Position numbers and translations under genes: made by a program | In this document: positions 55,242-64,000 of the stretch, in pieces | Position numbering within the stretch: position 1 is the first letter of the stretch | Layout of the letters: every line of letters starts with the position of its first letter | Notes under the pieces: model-generated | Databases searched by the model: none | Told to the model about the DNA's origin: nothing | The model's input: the letters and a program-made list of their open reading frames with translations, nothing else | Source of the DNA: Candidatus Aminicenantes bacterium | GTDB taxonomy: Bacteria; Acidobacteriota; Aminicenantia; Aminicenantales; UBA4085 | Reading direction: 5' to 3' | Assembly (NCBI GenBank): GCA_963848835.1 | Contig: CAWKFB010000006.1 | Coordinates: forward strand, 180,279 to 244,278 | Length of the DNA stretch: 64,000 nt

Positions 55242-55257
55242 TGGGGAGGCAGCGAAC

Positions 55258-56217
55258 ATGAGAACTCTTTTCCATAAAACCATCGCCGCCGCGTGTCTTT
55301 TCCTCCTCCTCGCAACCAGCCTTCCGGCCCAGGAAGGGGGGAAGCTCCCCGTCCTCGACCGGTTGAAGGCGCGCATCGAGCGCGTCGTGCGGAACGCGGA
55401 CGGTACGGTCGGCGTCGCCGTCCGGCACATCGAGTCCGGCCGCGGATTGGTCGTGAATGGAGACGTCCTCTTTCCGATGGCCAGCGCCTTCAAGGTCCCG
55501 ATCCTCACCGAGCTCCTGGCGCAGGCGGCCGAGGGAAAGTTCAGCCTGGAGGACGAGATCGTCGTCGCGAAGGACGACCAGCATCCCGGAAGCGGGATGA
55601 TCTCCTCCCTCATCGTGCCGGGGATCAAGCTGTCGGTCCTGAACATGGCCCATTTCATGATGATGATCAGCGACAACTCGGCGACCGACATGCTCCTCGA
55701 AAAAGTCGGCCCGGCCAGCGTGAACGCCCGGTTGCGGGCCGCCGGGATCGAAAGAATGACCGTCGGCCGCTCCTGCCAGGCCATGATCCAGGACTACCGC
55801 GAGGCGGTTTCGGGACTGAAGACCCGCGAAGAGCGGAAGAAGGCGATCGTCGCTTATGGAGAGAATCCCGACGACGCGGCGACTCCGGTCGCGATGAACA
55901 ACCTCCTCGAGAAGATCGTCCGCCAGGAGATCCTGGACCCGGCGAGCTGCGACCTGATCCTGGCCATCATGCGGAAGTGCGAAACGGGCGCGGCCCGGAT
56001 CAAGGGATTGCTGCCCCCGGGGACCGCCGTCGCCCACAAGACCGGGACGATCGCGGGGACGGTCAACGACTGCGGCGTGATCACCCTCCCGGACGGGCAG
56101 GGGCGGATCGTCCTGACCGTGTTCTGCAAAGACTTCATGGGTCCGACCGAGGACGTCGAAGCCCTGATCGCCGGGATCGCCCGGGTCGTCTACGATTGTT
56201 TCTACTTCACGGACTGA
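55258..56217 (+). CDS. class A beta-lactamase-related serine hydrolase
   Basis: Signal peptide. SxxK (MASAFK), SDN (ISDNSATD) and KTG (HKTGT) motifs are all present. Confidence 0.8.
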   Translation: MRTLFHKTIAAACLFLLLATSLPAQEGGKLPVLDRLKARIERVVRNADGTVGVAVRHIESGRGLVVNGDVLFPMASAFKVPILTELLAQAAEGKFSLEDEIVVAKDDQHPGSGMISSLIVPGIKLSVLNMAHFMMMISDNSATDMLLEKVGPASVNARLRAAGIERMTVGRSCQAMIQDYREAVSGLKTREERKKAIVAYGENPDDAATPVAMNNLLEKIVRQEILDPASCDLILAIMRKCETGAARIKGLLPPGTAVAHKTGTIAGTVNDCGVITLPDGQGRIVLTVFCKDFMGPTEDVEALIAGIARVVYDCFYFTD

Positions 56218-56226
56218 CCCGGCCGC

Positions 56227-57111
56227 TCACTTCTTTTCGGTCAGCTCGAGATAGATGGTCTCGACGAGGCTCGGCCATCCCCGTCCGGCCGAGCCCGCGG
56301 GCGCCTCGGGGATCCCGAAGACCGTCTTGACCTCGGCGAGGGTTTTCCCTTCCTTGACCAGGGCCGCGATCTTGGCCTGCTTTTCCCGGATGGAGGCGAG
56401 AACCGTTTTGAGCTCGTCCTTGGTCAGGGGATCGTTGTGCCCGCTGAGGTATGTGTCCGCGTCCAGGGCGATCATGGTTTCGAGGGCCTTGGCGTAGCCC
56501 TCGGATGTCCCGTGCTTCTGCCGGTGGATCAGCGGATCCCGGCCGACAAACGCCAGGTCGCCGGCGAAAGCGGCCTTGAGGCCGCGGAAATAGACGATCG
56601 TGTCGCCGGCCGTATGGGCCGGGCCGGCGGGGATGAGGTCGATGACCTCGCCCCCGATCCGGAGGCTGAAGGTCCGGGTATAGGTTTGGGTCGGAAGATA
56701 AGCCCGCAGGCCTTCGAGCTTCTCGCCCTTGAAAGCTTCTTCCATTTCCCCCTTCGTCGCCTCGCTGGCGAGGATCACGGCTCCCTTCGGATACCCCTCC
56801 AGGCCGTTGACGTGGTCCCCGTCGCTATGGGTGATCAGGATGTGGGTGATCGGCAGGGAGGTGATCTTTGCGATCTCCGCGACGGTCCGGCGGGTCGCCT
56901 CCGCGGTCATCTTCGCGTCGACCGCGATCACGCCCTGATCGTAAACGTAAAAACCGGTATTGGCCATGGACCCCTTGACGAAATACAGCCCGCCCCGGAT
57001 CTTTTGAACGACGGGTGCCTGGGACGGCGCGGCTTGCGGCCCGGCGGCCGGGGCTTCGGATGCGGGGATGAGAAAGGCCAAGGCCAGCAGAACGGGTGTC
57101 ATCGATATCAT
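56227..57111 (-). CDS. MBL-fold metallo-hydrolase, secreted
   Basis: AAGGAGG upstream of ATG 57111. Signal peptide. HxHxDH motif (ITHSDGDHVNG) and a downstream GPAHTAGD. Confidence 0.8.
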   Translation of the reverse strand: MISMTPVLLALAFLIPASEAPAAGPQAAPSQAPVVQKIRGGLYFVKGSMANTGFYVYDQGVIAVDAKMTAEATRRTVAEIAKITSLPITHILITHSDGDHVNGLEGYPKGAVILASEATKGEMEEAFKGEKLEGLRAYLPTQTYTRTFSLRIGGEVIDLIPAGPAHTAGDTIVYFRGLKAAFAGDLAFVGRDPLIHRQKHGTSEGYAKALETMIALDADTYLSGHNDPLTKDELKTVLASIREKQAKIAALVKEGKTLAEVKTVFGIPEAPAGSAGRGWPSLVETIYLELTEKK

Positions 57112-57189
57112 GAGAGCCTCCTTGGAAGGGTCGGGCATCCTTTTATAATCCAGCCGCCGGGTCGGGGGCAAGCGGACCGGGTTCAGATT

Positions 57190-57873
57190 CTAAGGATGCG
57201 GCCGCGGGTCGATGAGGCGCCTGACCTTCTCGACCGTCGCGGTGTGGGCGACTAAGCCCGCCATCCGCAGCAGCGACATGGGCGACGTCCGGACCTCGAC
57301 CCGGCCGGCCTTGACCGCCGCGATGATCGAGGCCGTGTCTTTGTCCGCGTCGACGAGGGAGTAGGTCATCCCGAACTGGCGCAGGTCGTGGCTGTCCGAA
57401 TTGCCCACGAGGGGCTTGCCGAAGTCCCGCGCCGTCCGGACCGCGGCCTTGTTCAGGTTGAGCAGGGGATTGTGATAGCAGGTGAACTCGATCGCGTCGA
57501 TCCAGGGCAGCAGGAGAAAGAGCCGCTTGCGGAGCGACTTGAAAAAATGGAAGAACGGATGCGGGGCGATGGTCAGGCTCCGATCGCTGTAGAGACGGGG
57601 AAGATCGCGGAGAGTACAGCCCTCGAGCCGGGGTTCGAACTCAGGATTGATCACGACGATGTGAGCGTCATCGGCCGTGATCTCGACGCCGGGGAGGAGA
57701 AGCAGGCCGCGCGCCTCGGCCGCGGCGGCCAGGGAAGGGGACCAGACGCCCCGGTCGTGGTTCGTCACGGCCAGGGCGTCGAATCCGAGCTCCGCCGCCC
57801 GCTCGAACAGCCGTCGGGCGGTATACTTGACGTAGTCCTTCGGATCCTCCCGGGTGTGGACGTGGAAGTCCAC
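57190..57873 (-). CDS. PHP domain phosphoesterase family protein
   Basis: VDFHVHT with GTG as the probable start, then ALAVTNHD and GNSDSHD. The longer ORF-track N-terminus overlaps mdh and looks non-coding. Confidence 0.65.
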   Translation of the reverse strand: MDFHVHTREDPKDYVKYTARRLFERAAELGFDALAVTNHDRGVWSPSLAAAAEARGLLLLPGVEITADDAHIVVINPEFEPRLEGCTLRDLPRLYSDRSLTIAPHPFFHFFKSLRKRLFLLLPWIDAIEFTCYHNPLLNLNKAAVRTARDFGKPLVGNSDSHDLRQFGMTYSLVDADKDTASIIAAVKAGRVEVRTSPMSLLRMAGLVAHTATVEKVRRLIDPRPHP

Positions 57874-57899
57874 CTTGAGAGGACGGCGCTTCGCGGCCC

Positions 57900-58832
57900 T
57901 CAGAGTTTCGTCTCTTCGACCGTTTTCTTGACCGACAGGACCGTCTTGTCGAGCTGGGCCCGCTCCTCGTCGTTGAGCTTGATTTCGAAGATCTTCTCGA
58001 TGCCCTTGGCCCCGATGAGGGCCGGAACGCCGATGAAGAGGCCGTGGATCCCGTACTCGCCCTCGCACAGGGCGGCCGAGGGGAGGATGCGGCGCTTGTC
58101 CTTGAGGAAGGACTCGGCCATGACGATCGCGCTCCAAGCCGGGCTGAAGAACGCCGAGCCCTTGCCGAAGAGCTTGACGATCTCGGTTCCGGCTTCGCGG
58201 GTCCGCAGGGCGAGCTTGTCGATCTGCTCCTTGGTCGCGATCTCGGTCAGGGGCACACCGCCGACCGTGGTCAGGCGGGGGAGGGGCACCATGTCCGGGC
58301 CGTGCCCGCCGAGGACGGCGCCGGCGACGTCGGTCACGGACACGCCGAGCTCCATGGCGACGAAGGCTCTCCAGCGGGCCGTATCGAGAGTGCCGGCCAT
58401 GCCGACGACGCGGTTTTTGGGGAAGCCGGTCAGCTTGTAGAAGGCGTAGACCATCGCGTCCAGGGGGTTCGTGACGATGATGCAGAACGCGTTGGGGGCG
58501 TACTGCTTCACGCCCGCCGCGACCTTGGTGATGATCTCGATATTGACCGCGAGGAGGTCCTCGCGGGTCATCCCGGCCTGGCGGGGCTTGCCGGCCGTGA
58601 CGATGACGACGTCGGCCCCGGCGATGTCCGCGTAGTTCGAGGTGCCGGTGATGTTCGCGTCGTAGTTGCCGTGGGGAGCCATCTCCATGAGGTCGAGGGC
58701 CTTGCCCTTGGCCGGGTTCTCGAGCTCGGGGATGTCGAGGATGACGATGTCCCCCATTTCCTTCTGCGCGGCGAGCATGGCCAGGATCTGTCCGATCTGG
58801 CCGCCGCCGATCAATGCGATCTTCTTTCTCAT
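57900..58832 (-). CDS. mdh: malate dehydrogenase (LDH-like family)
   Basis: AAGGAGG upstream of the ATG. Contains KIALIGGGQIGQ, IVTAGKPRQAGMTREDLL, VTNPLD and GGHGPDMVPL. Confidence 0.9.
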   Translation of the reverse strand: MRKKIALIGGGQIGQILAMLAAQKEMGDIVILDIPELENPAKGKALDLMEMAPHGNYDANITGTSNYADIAGADVVIVTAGKPRQAGMTREDLLAVNIEIITKVAAGVKQYAPNAFCIIVTNPLDAMVYAFYKLTGFPKNRVVGMAGTLDTARWRAFVAMELGVSVTDVAGAVLGGHGPDMVPLPRLTTVGGVPLTEIATKEQIDKLALRTREAGTEIVKLFGKGSAFFSPAWSAIVMAESFLKDKRRILPSAALCEGEYGIHGLFIGVPALIGAKGIEKIFEIKLNDEERAQLDKTVLSVKKTVEETKL

Positions 58833-58987
58833 ATGAACCTCCTTCGGAATGAATGCGCCGTTCGTAAAAGGCATTCTAGTGGAACGTCCGGCTAAAATCA
58901 AATTGCTTGGAGCCGGTGAATTCAATAAACTAGGGGCGGTTTCATAGCACCGCCCGGACGTGAGAGGGCGGTCCCGAGGAGTTCATC

Positions 58988-61538
58988 ATGCTGGAATCGT
59001 ACCGGAAGAATGAGGAAGAACGGCGCGCTCTGGGCATCCCACCCCTGCCCTTGAGCCCCGAAGAGACGGCCGAGGTCTGCCGGCTCCTCGAAGCCCCGCC
59101 GCCGGGCGTGGGACCGGATCTCCTCGCCCTCCTCCGCGACCGGGTTTCGCCGGGGGTGGATCCCGCGGCCAAGGTCAAAGCGGAATGGCTCGCCCGCGTC
59201 GCTTCGGGCTCGGTCTCTTCGCCGGCCCTTTCCCGGTCCGAAGCCGTCGCCCTCCTGGGCACGATGCTCGGCGGCTACAACGTCGCTCCGCTCGTCGGCT
59301 TGCTCGACGATCCCCAGCTCGGTTCCGAGGCCGCCCGTGCCCTCGGCCGGACCGTTCTCGTCTATGGCGCTTTCGACAAGGTCGCCGACATGGCGGCTTC
59401 GCACCAGAACGCCAAGGCCGTCATGCGCGCCTGGTCCGAGGGGGAGTGGTTCCTGTCGCGTCCGCCCCTGCCGGAGAGCGCGACCCTGACCGTTTTTCGC
59501 GTCGACGGAGAGATCAACACCGACGACTTTCTCTCCGGCAAAGCAAGCTTCGACGCGGCCCGACATTCCGCTCCACGCCCTGTCGATGGGACAGACGCGC
59601 TTCCCCGGCGGTCTCGCGGCGATCGCGGGCTTCAGAGCCGCGGGCAAGCGCGTAGTCTTCGTCGGCGACGTGGTCGGCACCGGCTCGTCCCGGAAATCGG
59701 CCTGCAACTCGGTTATGTGGCACATCGGCGAGGACATTCCCTTCGTCCCCAACAAGCGCCGCGGCGGGATCGTCCTGGGCGGGAAGATCGCCCCGATCTT
59801 CTTCAACACCACGGAGGACTCCGGCGGGCTGCCGATCGGAGAGGTCGACGTGAACGGGATGAAAATGGGAGATGAGATCGTCTTGGACCTCAAAGCCGGG
59901 GTCATCCGCGGCGCGGGCGGAAAGGTGTTATCACACTTCAGCCTCAAACCGGCCACGCTCCCCGACGAGTTCCGAGCCGGCGGCCGATTGAACTTCATCA
60001 TCGGCCGGGCCTTGACCAACAAGGCGCGAGCCCGTCTGGGGCTTCCCGAAGCCGAATTCTTCACCCGCGTTGAAAACCCAAAACCCAAGCCGGCTCAGGC
60101 GTATTCGCTGGCCCAGAAGATCGTCGGCCGGGCCTGCGGCCTCCCCGGCGTCCTGCCCGGGACGGCATGCGAGCCGAAGATGACCACGGTCGGGTCCCAG
60201 GACACGACCGGGCCCATGACCGCCGACGAGCTCAAGGAGCTGGCCTGCCTGGAGTTCCAGTGCGGCCTGTTCATGCAGTCGTTCTGCCACACCGCCGCCT
60301 ATCCCAAGCCCGCCGACGTGAAGATGCACCGAACCCTGCCGGGTTTCATGATCGAGCGGAAGGGCGTGGCCCTCAATCCCGGCGACGGCGTCATCCATTC
60401 CTGGCTCAACCGCCTGCTCCTGCCCGACACGATGGGCACGGGCGGCGATTCGCACACCCGATTCCCGATCGGCCTCAGCCTGCCGGCCGGGTCCGGCCTC
60501 GTCGCCTTCGCCGGAGCGCTCGGGTTCATGCCGCTCGACATGTACGAGTCCGTCCTCGTCCGCTTTCGCGGGACTCGCCGGCCCGGGATCACCCTCCGCG
60601 ACGTCGTCAACGCCATTCCCTATTTCGCCATCAAGGAAGGGCTCCTGACCGTGGCCAAGAAGGGCAAGAAGAACGTCTTCAATGATCGGATCCTCGAGAT
60701 CGAAGGGCTGGACGATCTGACCGTGGACCAGGCCTACGAGCTGACCGACGCCTCCGCCGAGCGCTCGGCGGCCGGAAGCGTCATCGCCCTCAAGGTCGAA
60801 GCCGGTGGCCCGTTTCCTCCGGAGCAACGCCGCCCTGATGAAGAAGATGATCGAGGCCGGCTACCGGGACGCAGAGACGCTCAAGCGCCGGATCGACGCC
60901 TGCGAGGCCTGGCTGGCCAAGCCGTCCATGATCGAACGGGACGCCAAAGCTGAATATGCCGCCGTCCTCGAGATCGACCTGGCACGATATCCGCGAGCCG
61001 ATCCTGGCCTGCCCGAACGATCCCGACGACGTCAAGCTCCTGTCGGACGTCGCCGGCGACCGCATCGACGAAGCCTTCATCGGCTCCTGCATGGTCAACA
61101 TCGGCCATTTCCGGGCCGCCGGCCGCATCTTCGACAAGGCGCCGCTATCCCGAAGACGCGGATCTGGATCACGCCGCCGACGAAGATGGATGATGATCCA
61201 GCTCAAGAAAGAAGGATATTATTCGATCTTCTCCCAGGTCGGGGCGCGGACGGAGATCCCCGGCTGTTCGCTCTGCATGGGCAACCAGGCCCGCGTCGCA
61301 GCCCGGCGCGACCATCATCTCGACCTCGACGCGCAATTTCGACGACCGGATGGGGGACGGGGCGCGGGTCTACCTCGGCTCGGCCGAGCTCACCGCCCTC
61401 GCGGCCCTGAAGGGCCGGCTGCCCGCGGCCGAAGAGTACTTCACGGTCATGAAGGAAAAGGTCCTCCCCGCCGCGGCCGACATCTATCGCTACCTTCAGT
61501 TCGACGAAATGAAGGATTTCACTCTGATCTATGCCTGA
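58988..61538 (+). pseudogene. acnB: aconitate hydratase 2 / 2-methylisocitrate dehydratase, six frameshifts
   Basis: Collinear with E. coli AcnB from MLESYRK to the C-terminus ([103 protein letters not shown]). Shifts near 59530, 60801, 60985, 61141 (-1), 61190 and 61300. Length check: 2551 nt minus 5 plus 1 gives 2547 nt. Confidence 0.85.
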
Positions 61539-61574
61539 ACGGCCGCGGTTCGGCCGTCCGGAAGGAGAAACGGA

Positions 61575-62333
61575 ATGATCTCACTCGAAGGCAGGAAAAC
61601 CCTGATTACGGGCGGATCCCGGGGGATCGGCCGGGCGACGGCCCTCCTTTTCGCCCGGGCCGGAAGCGACGTCGCCTTCACTTACGGCTGCCAGGAAGCC
61701 GCGGCCCTCGAGGTCCTCAAGGCCATCGAGCCGACCGGCCGGGCCGGTCTCGCCTTCAAGTGCGATATCGCGGACGAGGCCGCGGTCCGGAACGTCGTCG
61801 CGGAGATCGTCCGGGCCTGGGGCGGGATCGATGTCCTCGTCAACAACGCCGGGATCTGGACCGGTCTCGAGATCGGAGAGTCGGACACCGACGCCTGGAA
61901 GGAAACGCTCGCCGTCAACCTGGACAGCGTCTATTATTTCAGCGACGCCGTGATCCCGCACATGAAGGCCCGGAAGCGGGGCTGGATCATCAACGTCGGC
62001 TCGACGGCCGGGATCCGGGGCGAGGCCCATCACTCCCACTACGCCGCGACGAAGGGGGCCCTGAACGCCCTGACGAAGTCCTGGGCCGTCGAGTTCGCGC
62101 CTTGGGGGATCCGGGTCAATTGCGTCGCCCCCGGCTGGGTGGACACCGACATGTGCACCGAGGTGTTCAGCGACAAGGATTTCGAGGAGAGCGTCCGCCA
62201 ATCCATCCCCTTGAAGCGCATCCCGCCGGCCGAGGATATCGCCGGTCCGATCCTCTTCCTGGCCTCCGACCTGGCCCGGCACATCACCGGGGCGATCATC
62301 AGCGTCAACGGCGGGTCCGTCCTGTGCGGATGA
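61575..62333 (+). CDS. short-chain dehydrogenase/reductase (FabG-like 3-oxoacyl reductase)
   Basis: [14 protein letters not shown], and the S...YAATK catalytic motif. Intact 252 aa. Confidence 0.85.
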   Translation: MISLEGRKTLITGGSRGIGRATALLFARAGSDVAFTYGCQEAAALEVLKAIEPTGRAGLAFKCDIADEAAVRNVVAEIVRAWGGIDVLVNNAGIWTGLEIGESDTDAWKETLAVNLDSVYYFSDAVIPHMKARKRGWIINVGSTAGIRGEAHHSHYAATKGALNALTKSWAVEFAPWGIRVNCVAPGWVDTDMCTEVFSDKDFEESVRQSIPLKRIPPAEDIAGPILFLASDLARHITGAIISVNGGSVLCG

Positions 62334-62411
62334 AAAGGCGGGGAAAATCCTTCAATTTTTCCTTGACAGGCCTTTCCGGCTTGTGTTATTGAAGGTTGCG
62401 TATCAGGTATT

Positions 62412-63299
62412 ATGGGTAAGAAACATCTCTCCCTGATCGTCATCCCCCACACCAAAACGACCACTCGGACTCTGTCCTTTTCCAAGAGGACGGTCCGGCT
62501 GGCGGTCTGGTGCGGATCGATCGCGGCCGTGTTTCTGCTCGGCGTGACGGCCGATTACCTCCGCATCCGGATCTCGAACCGGAGCTACGGCGCGCTGAAG
62601 GCGGAGAACCAGACGCAGAAGGAAACGATCCGCGAGTACGAGGCCAAGATGGGGTCCCTGGAGACCCGGGTCAAGGGCTTCGACGAATACATCAAGAAGC
62701 TGAACCTGATGGCCGGGATCACGACCGAGCAGACGCTCAAGGACTTCAACGTCGGCGATTATCCGCGGGACGAGGAAGCGGCCCCCAACAGCGGCCCGGT
62801 TCCGCCGCCCGGCGCCCAGATCCAGGGCCTGCAGAACAAGGCCGACGATCTCCAGCGGAGCTTCGACACCCTGAAGACCTTTTTCGAGAGCAACGCCTCC
62901 TTCCTGGCTTCCCAGCCGAGCATCTGGCCGACGAACGGCTGGACCTCCTCCGGCTACGGGTATCGGATGGATCCGTTCACCCAGAAGCAGACGTTCCATT
63001 ACGGGCTTGATATCGTCGCGACCGGGGGGAATCCGGTCGTCGCTCCGGCCGACGGATTCGTCGCCGAAGTCAGCCGCTCGGGCCAGTACGGCAACTCCAT
63101 CGTCCTCAGCCACGGCGGCGGCCTGACGACGCTCTACGGCCACCTGAGCAAGATCAACGTCGCCTCGGGACAGAAGATCAAGCGCGGGGATCTGATCGGC
63201 AATGTCGGCAGCACGGGAAAATCGATCGGTCCGCACCTCCATTACGAGGTCCGGATGAACGGTAAACCCGTCAATCCCGTCAGGTTCATCCTCGATTAA
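62412..63299 (+). CDS. M23 family metallopeptidase with N-terminal membrane anchor and coiled-coil
   Basis: HYGLDI and GPHLHYEVR LytM-type zinc motifs. Confidence 0.85.
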   Translation: MGKKHLSLIVIPHTKTTTRTLSFSKRTVRLAVWCGSIAAVFLLGVTADYLRIRISNRSYGALKAENQTQKETIREYEAKMGSLETRVKGFDEYIKKLNLMAGITTEQTLKDFNVGDYPRDEEAAPNSGPVPPPGAQIQGLQNKADDLQRSFDTLKTFFESNASFLASQPSIWPTNGWTSSGYGYRMDPFTQKQTFHYGLDIVATGGNPVVAPADGFVAEVSRSGQYGNSIVLSHGGGLTTLYGHLSKINVASGQKIKRGDLIGNVGSTGKSIGPHLHYEVRMNGKPVNPVRFILD

Positions 63300-63320
63300 T
63301 CCGCCGGACGGACGGCCGGA

Positions 63321-64000
63321 TCACCCCAGGATCTCTCCCGCTTCCACGCGTCCGCCGGCCGCATAAGCGCGGGCATCCATGACCTTCCGGCTCTCGGGCT
63401 GGAGCTCGAGGATGCGATAGACGGAACCGTCGCCGCAGACGACGTCGATTCCGGCGCCGGAGAAGGCGGCCAGCGTTCCGGGGGCGGCCGCGCGGACTTC
63501 CCGGCTCTCGACCAGCCCGCCCTTGAGCAGGTTCAACCGCACGCCCCGCCGGAACGTGAACGCGCCCGGGCGGGGAGTGAAGGCGCGGATTCTCCGCTCG
63601 ATCTCGATCCCGGGGGCGGACCAATCGATCCGGCCTTCCTCCTTGGCCAGCTTGGGGGCGAGCGTGGCCGCGGCATGATCCTGGGGAGCGAACGGGATCG
63701 ACGCGATCCGCTCGAGCGTGCGCTTGAGCAGATCCGCGCCGATCGCGGCCAAGCGGGCTTCGAGCTCCCCGGCGGTTTCCGCGGGGAAGATGGCGGTCTC
63801 GGCCGTGGTCAGGACGTCCCCTTCGTCCATTTTTGCGTTCAGCCGGAAGATCGTGACCCCCGTCCGCTCCTCGCCCCGGAGGATGGCCCATTGCACGGGA
63901 GCGGCGCCGCGGTATTTCGGCAGAAGCGAAAAATGGACGTTGATCGAGCGCCATGGAGGAAGGTCGATTATAGAGGAGGGGATGATCTGGCCGAAGGCGA
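63321..64000 (-). CDS. fmt: methionyl-tRNA formyltransferase (5' end outside window)
   Basis: NVHFSLLPKYRGAAPVQWAILRGEERTGVTIF reads through to the window edge. The C-terminal domain ends at 63321. Confidence 0.85.
   Translation of the reverse strand, partial: AFGQIIPSSIIDLPPWRSINVHFSLLPKYRGAAPVQWAILRGEERTGVTIFRLNAKMDEGDVLTTAETAIFPAETAGELEARLAAIGADLLKRTLERIASIPFAPQDHAAATLAPKLAKEEGRIDWSAPGIEIERRIRAFTPRPGAFTFRRGVRLNLLKGGLVESREVRAAAPGTLAAFSGAGIDVVCGDGSVYRILELQPESRKVMDARAYAAGGRVEAGEILG

Noticed and set aside
57874-58137. An N-terminal extension of the PHP-domain ORF that overlaps mdh by about 240 nt.
   Set aside because: The extension is Arg/Gly/Pro-rich with no motif. The PHP signature DFHVHT begins at a GTG at 57873, just after the mdh stop.

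Overview
GC-rich bacterial chromosomal segment; the taxon cannot be assigned from the sequence alone. I found no rRNA, CRISPR array, transposase, integrase or phage genes. I call about 50 protein genes and one tRNA-Leu(CAA). Housekeeping genes include ileS-lspA-lgt-rluD, an EF-G family GTPase, mdh, acnB, nadC-nadB, fmt, tldD-pmbA, an hldE/heptosyltransferase pair and an AddA/AddB-like helicase-nuclease pair. There is an ECF sigma / anti-sigma / HtrA-like module. A carbohydrate set includes GH28, a GH78 rhamnosidase, an OMP-symporter-unknown-xylB operon and kdgK-eda. Two things are not explained by ordinary annotation. (1) Five intergenic loci are built from one shared set of hairpin-forming modules that are shuffled in order and orientation: 9857-10697, 23021-23214, 37809-37969, 39119-39180 and 53213-53912. 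Several modules show compensatory base-pair changes between copies. Seven copies share a strand-asymmetric core: an A/T box, then a pyrimidine tract, then a hairpin with a C-rich 5' arm and a G-rich 3' arm. This looks like a BIME/REP-like or small structured-RNA family that I cannot match to any described class. (2) At least 27 single-base frameshifts (about 20 insertions and 7 deletions) fall in only 11 genes, while the longest genes are intact. After repair every affected gene has a length divisible by three. This is either uneven assembly error or real gene decay. All calls come from reading the sequence and the supplied ORF track, with no database searches.
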